NCBI GenBank assembly: GCA_024626585.2
Contig: JANKJI020000002.1
Coordinates: 13,828,837-13,845,907 of the forward strand
Direction of reading: 5' to 3'
DNA from: Ginkgo biloba
Taxonomy: Eukaryota > Plantae > Ginkgophyta
DNA: 17,071 nucleotides
Made by a program: the position numbers and the translations under genes. This document shows, piece after piece, positions 9,559 through 17,071 of the stretch. The notes under the pieces are model-generated. The model saw only the letters and a program-made list of their open reading frames with translations, ran no database searches and was not told the origin of the DNA. Position 1 is the stretch's first letter; each line of letters begins with the position of its first letter.

Positions 9559-10165
9559 CCTGTGTCTTTGCTCCGGGTTGTCTCTGTTCACCGCCACACG
9601 AATCTTCTCCAATTTGAGTGTTCTCCTCTCTGCTTCGTAACAACAGGGTCCCAGTTCCACTTGTGTGGCAACAACCAGTTTGTCAAACTACTTCCTAGTG
9701 GTGCAGTTCCTTCTACCTAATGTGGCTTCTCTCCACATCACCCTTCACTTTTCTACTTGGTGCTATCTCCTTGATGTGGATCTTTGTTCCTTGTGCATTC
9801 CACCTAACTCTGCTCTAGGGGACATTCACCTCACAGCAACGGGTTGCAAACTTCGTGTGCCTNNNNNNNNNNNNNNNNNNNNNNNNNNNNNNNNNNNNNN
9901 NNNNNNNNNNNNNNNNNNNNNNNNNNNNNNNNNNNNNNNNNNNNNNNNNNNNNNNNNNNNNNCCTGTGTCTTTGCTCCGGGTTGTCACCGCCACACGAAT
10001 CTTCTTTGACAGATCGTAGCAACAACACAAACTTCCTCGGTGGCTCACGCCTGTAAATCTTTCACCCAGTGGTCCCTGCGTCTCTGGTCCCGGCGTCTTT
10101 GTTTATCTTACCACTGTGGAAATGGTCCGTGGAACTACTTCCTAGTGCAGGCGTTTCTACTTGGT
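9559..10165. repeat. Diverged ~400-450-bp internal duplication
   Basis: Collinear shared blocks: 9559-9608 vs 9963-10005 (identical except a 7-bp indel); aactacttcctagtg 9686-9700 vs 10133-10147; tttctacttggt 9750-9761 vs 10154-10165. Confidence 0.75.
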
Positions 10166-10643
10166 CCAATAGTCTCTCTAACTCCCAGTTCCTCCTCATG
10201 CTTCAACAACAGTTGTCCTCCCGTGCAGTCTTCTCTCTAGGCTTGGTTCCGCTCACGTATTTTCTGTTCAGTGGTGTTTGGCGCTATGGCAACCGACCCT
10301 TTTTCTTTTGCTGTGGCAAACGGCCCAACATTTGTTCTTCCTCTGGTACTTCTTAATGTATTGTGTTCTTAGTACTATCTCCCACGAATCGTGGTCTTTT
10401 TCTCTTGACATTCTTCCTTCTTATTTTTTCTAGTGCATCGCCTTTGCCTGGTGCTCTCCCTGGTGCGACTACTCTCTTGGCTTTTCGATTCCAACTTCAA
10501 TTTCCAACGCTTGAATTCTTCTTCTGTCTGGTGCGTTACTTGCCTCCACTGCAATTGAGTTTCTCCTTTCTGTCCGATGTTATTGTTTGCCTCTCTCATC
10601 TGGTCTTTTGATCCTCTTTCTCCTCAGTCACCCTGTTCGCCCT

Positions 10644-10655
10644 GTTCTGATATCA
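10644..10655 (-). promoter_or_regulatory. Primer binding site (tRNA-Met type)
   Basis: Minus strand tgatatcagaac vs tggtatcagagc (10/12), abutting the LTR-terminal CA. Confidence 0.75.
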
Positions 10656-10977
10656 TGTGAATTTCACAATAGATCTAGAAACAGAAGAAGAGAGATAGAC
10701 AATGGAGTTTTATTGACTACAGAAAAAAATTCGTTACAATCTAATGAATACACTTGAATAAACAAGACATATTTGAATATGTCAAAAACTGTTTTCTACG
10801 TAAACTATCGTAACTTTCTTGATTATAGGAAGTAATTTATTATTCAAAACATATGACATTAACTTTAATTGAGTCCGAACTCTAACAACTAGACTAACTT
10901 ACATGTGACTGCTACATAACTTAGACATAATATAAAACTAAGTTATGTACTTTACAAATAGACATTAAATTCTAACA
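10656..10977 (-). repeat. Putative 5' LTR, ~322 bp
   Basis: TG...CA termini with a short imperfect inverted repeat (plus strand tgtgaattt...aaattctaaca). AT-rich, with a sharp composition change at both ends and an adjacent PBS. Confidence 0.7.
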
Positions 10978-11067
10978 TGTTTGAAGTGGTAGTCATATTG
11001 AACGCTGTGCAAGCTGTGCTCGCTTGTGGAAGAGAACTCCGCAACAGTGCAAGAGATATTTGCTCAC

Positions 11068-11270
11068 CATAGCAGACAAAATGACATAGTGTGAGATAGG
11101 GAGAATTGATCACCAATCGACAGAGAAAAATCTCAAACATGGAGAAAATCGCTCGAAATTGAGTGAAGACTCAATTCAACGACGAGGAGAGATTTGAATC
11201 ATAGAGATTTGAAGAACTCCAAGCGAAATCCGTGAAAATTGAGAGAAATCGAAAATCAAGCACGCCCATT
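11068..11270 (-). promoter_or_regulatory. Putative TSS-proximal 5' UTR/first exon ending in ATG|GTGAGC
   Basis: The minus strand is TC-rich with many intact CpGs and is preceded by a very AT-rich tract (11270-11520). A strong donor consensus G|GTGAGC lies at 11067-11062. Confidence 0.4.
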
Positions 11271-12860
11271 AAAATGAAAAATTTTGAAAATTTTCCCCAA
11301 AAAAAAAAATTAGATTTAGAATATTATATGGAATATTCTTTTTTTAATTTGACCCTTTTTCTTAAAGTTTCATTAAAAATGTTGTTTTTTAATGGTAAAA
11401 AGGTTTTTTTGGCCTAAAAAAATTTCAAAACATTCTAAAAAAAATTCTAAAGATTTTTTTACACCTTTGCAATTCGATAAGCAAAAAAATAGCACAAAAA
11501 TCATTTTTTTTCACTTTTAATATCCATTTGGTGAATTATTTGCATCATGGCTACAAATCTCTTGAGCACTTTTACCAAGAAATTAATTAGTACTGAAAAC
11601 TTCAGTACTTAGAATCACCAAATTAAAAATTTAATGCTATTAAATGATNNNNNNNNNNNNNNNNNNNNNNNNNNNNNNNNNNNNNNNNNNNNNNNNNNNN
11701 NNNNNNNNNNNNNNNNNNNNNNNNNNNNNNNNNNNNNNNNNNNNNNNNTGGAATGGCTTCCATGAGATGGTTAGAATGAGATCCTTAATTACTTACATAT
11801 GTATTTTGGGTGTCCCTATGTGCCTTGTATCACATCTTATAAGTCTAAGATTGACATAGAAGTGCCCAAAATTATTCCTACCTGCCACATGTTAGCTAAT
11901 GTTTGACTAGTGTTGGCTTCTTAGTCGTCTTGCTGATTTCTTTAACTTTTGGTTGACTTGGTAGGCTTCCTAATAGTCATACAACCTATATATTATTGCC
12001 AAATGTTCATAAGGCCATAAATTTACTCTTTTGGAGGGAAAACATCAAGATGAAACCAATTATTTTGAAGGGAACAAAAAAATCTATGCCATAAGCTCAT
12101 GCTTCAAAGTAGAAAGAGTCATTTCCTAGGTCAAAAGAGCCATAGAAGATCCTAGAACTCCCATAAATCATGTCGAGGCTTCTACAAGGTCTTGTGTAAG
12201 GTTTTAAGTCTGCTAAGGGCAAATTTTACCCTTTAAGAGATTACATGTTGACTTTCCCTTTGTTTTTTCCTTATGAAATGTATTGTTTTATCCTAGAGAT
12301 GATATCCATTATTTAGGGCTATTCATACCCATTGAAAAGAGCAGTAGTATGCTTAGGTTCAACACATAGATGAGCTAGTAATGACCTCACAAAAGATCAA
12401 TTTATTTTTAGGGTGGCTAACAAAGGTTGTACGACCATTTGGAAGACTGACAAGGCATTCAAAATTCAAACTATGGCCCATAGCTTTGCTCAAAGTGATT
12501 TGTTGGTCAAACATGTTAATTTAAAGGTTGAATTAGGACTACAACATTGACCTTTGCCTTTTTCAATGTGTAAATGGGCATATTAACACCCAATTTAAAT
12601 TCATTTAATGAAACATAGGCCTCACCTCACCATTATAAGTTGCAATGCATCTTTTATTGTGCCCATCGTAGATCTATTTGAAGATGGTGCATCTTGAAAT
12701 CTAAAGAATCCTTACACTCTACATTGTAAGTGAATAATTGACCTTCACCTTGCATGAGGAATCATATTTTGACCTTTCGATCATAATTAGAAAATGAGGG
12801 AAAAGTTATCATCTTATCAATTTAAAAAACATTTTGCAATTTTTACCTATCAAATTATCA

Positions 12861-13008
12861 TCTACAATTTTCTTTTCTTGTCACGTAAATCTATGCAAAA
12901 TCAAAGGTTGCATTCCATAACAAAGTTGTAGAACTATCTATCAGATTTGTAATTCATCAAAGAGCACCTCAAACAGAGTTGTTATTGGAAAGTAATAACC
13001 ATTTTACC
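12861..13008 (+). repeat. AAAGTTGTAG-type motif block with inverted partner; probable long-LTR remnant
   Basis: aaagttgtaga (12922-12932) has a 10/11 inverted copy tctacaatttt (12861-12871), followed by ...cacctcaaacagagttg...aaccattttacc. This resembles segments I recall from long plant gypsy LTRs; family not assignable. Confidence 0.35.
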
Positions 13009-14886
13009 ATAGGTTTGTCTTTATGCCTGCATAACTAGTTTTCACCAACTTATGAACAATTTCAGTTGGGAAACCAAATGGTTCATTTTCCCATTCTATT
13101 CTAAATATAAATAATAAAAGATAGTGAAAATTTGGGACTTTTACATGTGCCTTTGTGGATGCAAAAGTGGGTGGCAAAGAGAAGCAAAGTGCATCGACCT
13201 ACACAACAAAATCATAGTTTGTTATGGGTTTTATAGTAGAATTCGAGTCTGCTAGAGGACATGGCTTTGTATTTCTCTATGTAATACCAATTGTATGCAT
13301 AATAAAACTGTGCATATTTCACGTGCATCACTCTTTTGTGGGGTTTGCCTTAATTCCATTGTTATTTCGTGTGCAAAACTTCCATTTTTATCCACATTCT
13401 TGCTGTTTGAGAGATTTATTGTTAAGCAACCCATTTGAATTACATAAATTTAGATCACCTATTCTCTAATTATTGCTCATAATGGAGCTTGGATAGAAGC
13501 TCAATTGACTAGAAGAGTCACCCCAACAATTCCATAGTCCCCTAGTCCAACAGAACAACCTCAAGCATAGAGCCAAGAATGCTTAGTTCATTTGATAGAT
13601 TGGTAGCAATAGGCTACAATGCATATTGGTCAGCCTAGAATGTTGACAAGCCAGGCTATGGTTGGGCCAAATCCTATGACATTGAGAACTTCATCCTCGG
13701 TTCCTTTTAGCACTAAAATGTAAGGAGATGAGTTAAAGGGAATCAAATTTCTGAATAATCGAAGCAAATGACGAGAAATGGGTCTTAAATTTTGATGTCC
13801 AAGTTCTAGTGTTCAAATTGAATCTAGTCCAAGTGCAGGTGCACCCTCTACAATTGTGGTAGACCCTAATAAGTTACCATTCTAGCATGTTCTTGTCATT
13901 GTGAAGGCCATGCATCAAGAGGTTAGCTCTAGAGTCGAAGCAACCATCGAAGAACTATCTAACATTAAGTTGAAGCAACTATTGAAGAATCATCGGACAT
14001 CAAGTCGAAGCAGGAAGAGTTGCCCAAGGAAGCCTGTGAGCAGTTTAAATATTTACCTCAGACAACATCTTTGGTGGAGTCAACAGATCAGCTTTGATAG
14101 CTCATTACAACAGTAGGGTAGTGGATCAAGGAAATGCTTCCCTAGTACGGAGCATTGGTTAAGACAATGCAGTGGTAATGGAAGGTGATCATCAAGGTTC
14201 CACGACATTGGATCGAGCTCGACAGGCTTATTGCAATACCCTCCAAGGTGTGTTGACTTATGGTCAGTTGCTGTCAAAATGACCTGAAAAGGCTGTGCAG
14301 GATGAAGCTGGACTAAGAACTTGAATGAATGCACTTGAGTTCTAACAACAAAAAATCATAGAAGCAGATGATAACTAGAAGAAGGCTGCCTTACTTCAAC
14401 AATAGTTGAAGGAAAAGGCCAACATAATCCAGAAGAAGGAAAGAAAAGATGGTCCCCTAGTCGCTGTATTAAGTTTGCAAGAGAATCTTGATCAGCTTGT
14501 GAGGAGGATGTATAATACTCATGAATGGGTCGAAGCTGAAACAGCTAAAGCCCTGCTCTTATTCTGAAAGAAGACTCTTTTTCACAAGGCAAGGCATCCA
14601 TTTGCTGCACATAGATGGATGGCATTGTGGACCAGATCCAAGCAGATTTAGCAGAATGGCAAGAATTACAAGCCCTGGTTCATGTGACAGACCTGGACTT
14701 GGTTCAGGTAGTGTAAGGCCAGCCAGGCTCATCGACTTAGTTGATACAGTTTTTTCTTCCTTCTTTCCTCTCTTTTCTTATTCTAATTCAAACATTTCGT
14801 CAAAGAAGAGCAAATTTTCTCTTTTGTGATGTATATAGGGGGAATGGAATCTTGACTGTTTTTTGTTAAAGTATCAACTTTGTTGT

Positions 14887-15393
14887 CTCGGGATGAGCCA
14901 AAAATCTAAGTTCGGGGCAGATGTTAGCATAGAGCCGACATCAATAAGTAAAATAAGGAACTGTCAAAGCTGTTTGATTATATATTTCTAAAATAAGCTA
15001 AATCCTTTTATGAGGCCCGATGACGAAAATCTCAAAACTAGCATCACTGGTTCAGTTATGGGGGTGGGGTTGTGAACAGTAAGAGCTAGGGTATTTCTCC
15101 CTTTTAGGGCAAGCAGTAACTTAAAACTGAATATGCACATACATGAAGAATACTGGACTGCTAGGAAGAGTGCTTAAATGACTCCAACATGATCCTATAT
15201 GCAGTATATATATATGACTGGACCCTAGACAATTTGCCCTTGCTGAACTCCTATTTAGTTGTTGTATGATTTATGTTGCTGGTCGGTCAGCCCATCTTTA
15301 CATACGAGTCATACTGTCAGACATGCCAGCCAGTCTGTTGTGCCCCAACTTTTCTAGGGCCGCTGTCCCATGTACCCTGCTAGGGTTGTTACA
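14887..15393 (+). mobile_element. Possible gypsy 3' end: degenerate PPT region and LTR (~14922-15393)
   Basis: ctcgggatgag..taagttcggggcaga-TGTTAG resembles the CTCGGGACGAG..TAAGGGGGG..TGT end of Tekay/Del-type elements. Candidate LTR end gggttgttaCA. No partner LTR in the window. Confidence 0.4.
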
Positions 15394-15516
15394 CTGTGCT
15401 GATGGCAAGACACATNNNNNNNNNNNNNNNNNNNNNNNNNNNNNNNNNNNNNNNNNNNNNNNNNNNNNNNNNNNNNNNNNNNNNNNNNNNNNNNNNNNNN
15501 NNNNNNNNNNNNNNNT

Positions 15517-16764
15517 GGTATACATAAGATTGTATGCATTTTACAATAGCCTTTCTATTGACCTTTCTTACAACAAGATGTGGAGTTGCACTTGAAGTCT
15601 TGTGTTAATTGTTGTACTATGAAACTAACAAACAAAATCCAAAGCAAATACTTACCGTTACCAACATCTTCTCATCCATAGGAATCCATCTCTCTGTATT
15701 TTCATGGTGAGTTGTGAACCACTAAGCATCAACATGATAATGTTTTTGCTGTAGTGACTAGATTCAATAAGATGGCCATTATAGTGCCATGTAACAAAAT
15801 TATTATAGCACTACAAGTGATAAGGTTTTTTTTTCAAATGGTACGGTTGTACTTTGCCTTGCCACTTTCTATTGTATTGAATCATGATACTAGATTTCTA
15901 AGCCATTTTTTAAAGCATCTACGAGACACATTAGATACTAAATTGTAGTGATCCACAATTTTTCATCCATAAATGGATGGACAATCTGAAGTGATCAATC
16001 AGACATTTATGCAATTGTTGGGTATATTTAGCGATAAACACCCAAGAACATAAGATGAATGTTTGTCTTATATTTAGCATAGTTATATTTGTTTTGAAAT
16101 TTGTCTTTATTTTGGTCCACTTACTCCACTTGATGTTTTATATTCTTCCCTTGGCACTTCTACCACTTTGAAGGCTTTGAAGGCCCAAGAAAACACTAAA
16201 AACTTTATTGAACATATTCAGAAAATTCATTAAGAAGTTGAAGAGATGTTAAAGAAATCTCAACAAAATTCTAAAAAACAGCACAGTGAAAGATGGGTTA
16301 AGCACAAGTTCATAGTTGGAGATAAAGTATCGCTGCATTTGTCAAAGGAGTGTTTAAAGGCATTGATCGAAAGATTTATCCAATAAGGTATGGTCCATAC
16401 ACAATTTTGGAAATTGCTAGACCAAATGCTTTCTTGTTGGCCATTCCTCCATTTTTTGGCATACATCCAATTTTCAATGTAAATCAATTGAAGTCTTATG
16501 CAACACCATTGTTGGAGGAATCTAAAGTTGCCCCAACACAGTTTTTGGACTTAATTCCTTCTTTTGTATCACCTTTACGAGAAGATGAAATCGCAGCCAC
16601 ACAAGTTAAACATGCTAGATCTACGAAGATAAAGATGTACAAAGTGGCTAAGTAAGGACATTATTTGTATCAAGCTTGATGGTATAGTGAGGACAATTGG
16701 CGTGTAGCTTTTCAAAATTCCATTTGAAAGCAATGGGAGACCATTACTTTGCAAGGGGAAGGAA
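15517..16764 (+). pseudogene. Gypsy integrase (zinc-finger end, core, GPY, C-terminal region), degenerate; CRM-like by eye
   Basis: YLPLPTSSHP*ESISLYF; VVTRFNKMAIIVPCNK; FALPLSIVLNHDTRFLSHF; DTKL**STIFHP*MDGQSEVINQT; HKFIVGDKVSLHLSKE; PIRYGPYTILE; IHPIFNVNQLK. Confidence 0.95.
16753..16764 (+). promoter_or_regulatory. Polypurine tract; 3' LTR probably starts at TG 16765
   Basis: aaggggaaggaa immediately followed by TGATTAG at the end of the integrase frame. Confidence 0.7.
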
Positions 16765-17071
16765 TGATTAGAATTAAATGAAAAAGGAAAATGTTATCAT
16801 TTAATTAAATGAGAAAAAAGGAATGATTACTTTGCAATGGGAAACTATGTTAGTTCCATTGTTATTGCAAATGCAAAACATACATATCTACCCACATACT
16901 TGTTTGAGAGTTTTACTTTGAGATAATCCATCTAAAGAGTATAAAATCAAATCAACTCCTCTTTGAAAGCCATTTTTAGGATTTGACTTGCATCAAGAAG
17001 ATAAGGTCCATCTTTTTCTTTTGTTGTAAAGAAGCGGTTCTATTAATTGAAAAATTTACACAATTACAGCA

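Larger units (their letters stand above)
9380..10977 (-). mobile_element. Copia-like LTR retrotransposon derivative (5' LTR, PBS, degenerate gag-like start, duplicated interior; 3' LTR not found)
   Basis: Minus-strand LTR TGTTAGAATT...AAATTCACA directly followed by a PBS. Downstream peptide fragments VEASN and KNVKRKRPRFVGDSTKN resemble copia gag (LEGASN; KNVKAKRI..DSVKD). TKIHIK..RKVKGDVE (~9725-9790) weakly resembles the copia RNase H end. Left boundary approximate. Confidence 0.6.
460..15515. other. Eleven assembly gaps (N-runs)
   Basis: 460-502, 801-862, 1755-1768, 2744-2843, 4187-4286, 5470-5569, 5884-5946, 7681-7769, 9863-9962, 11649-11748, 15416-15515; six are exactly 100 N. Confidence 0.98.

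Noticed and set aside
9559-10005. Repeated 43-50-bp block as a CRISPR-like repeat
   Set aside because: Only two copies ~400 bp apart, in eukaryotic TE context with no cas genes.
10069-10611. Hydrophobic plus-strand ORFs as membrane peptides
   Set aside because: They arise from the pyrimidine-rich antisense of a purine-rich minus-strand retroelement interior.
11890-11910. tgttagc as the 5' LTR start matching 14922
   Set aside because: Similarity does not extend beyond about 7 bp.
5286-15595. ORFs containing X runs
   Set aside because: They are open only because they cross N gaps.

Overview
AT-rich eukaryotic DNA, almost certainly from a large plant nuclear genome; a gymnosperm-like source is plausible but is only an inference. 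It is a fragmented assembly with 11 N-runs, and most of it is decayed LTR retrotransposon sequence. (1) A ~2-kb internally deleted Ty3/gypsy chromovirus-like element with both LTRs, PBS, PPT, gag and protease (1963-4005, +). (2) A second gypsy relic with gag fragment, RT, integrase core and GPF motif (~4406-6230, +). (3) An orphan minus-strand LTR with a tRNA-Met PBS (~7060-7398). (4) A minus-strand copia-like LTR/PBS followed by a GC-rich, internally duplicated interior (~9380-10977). (5) An unclassified LTR-element-like block (~11860-15393). (6) A gypsy integrase C-terminal half with PPT and 3' LTR start (15517-end). Between these lie a well-formed candidate host exon (8182-8337, +) and a CpG-retaining, TC-rich putative first exon/promoter (~11068-11270, -). 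There is no intact ORF, RNA gene or CRISPR array. I found no convincing novel biological system. The best leads are the minimal non-autonomous elements, the candidate host exons and a possible unknown accessory ORF. All protein similarities were judged by eye against remembered consensus motifs, not by database search.
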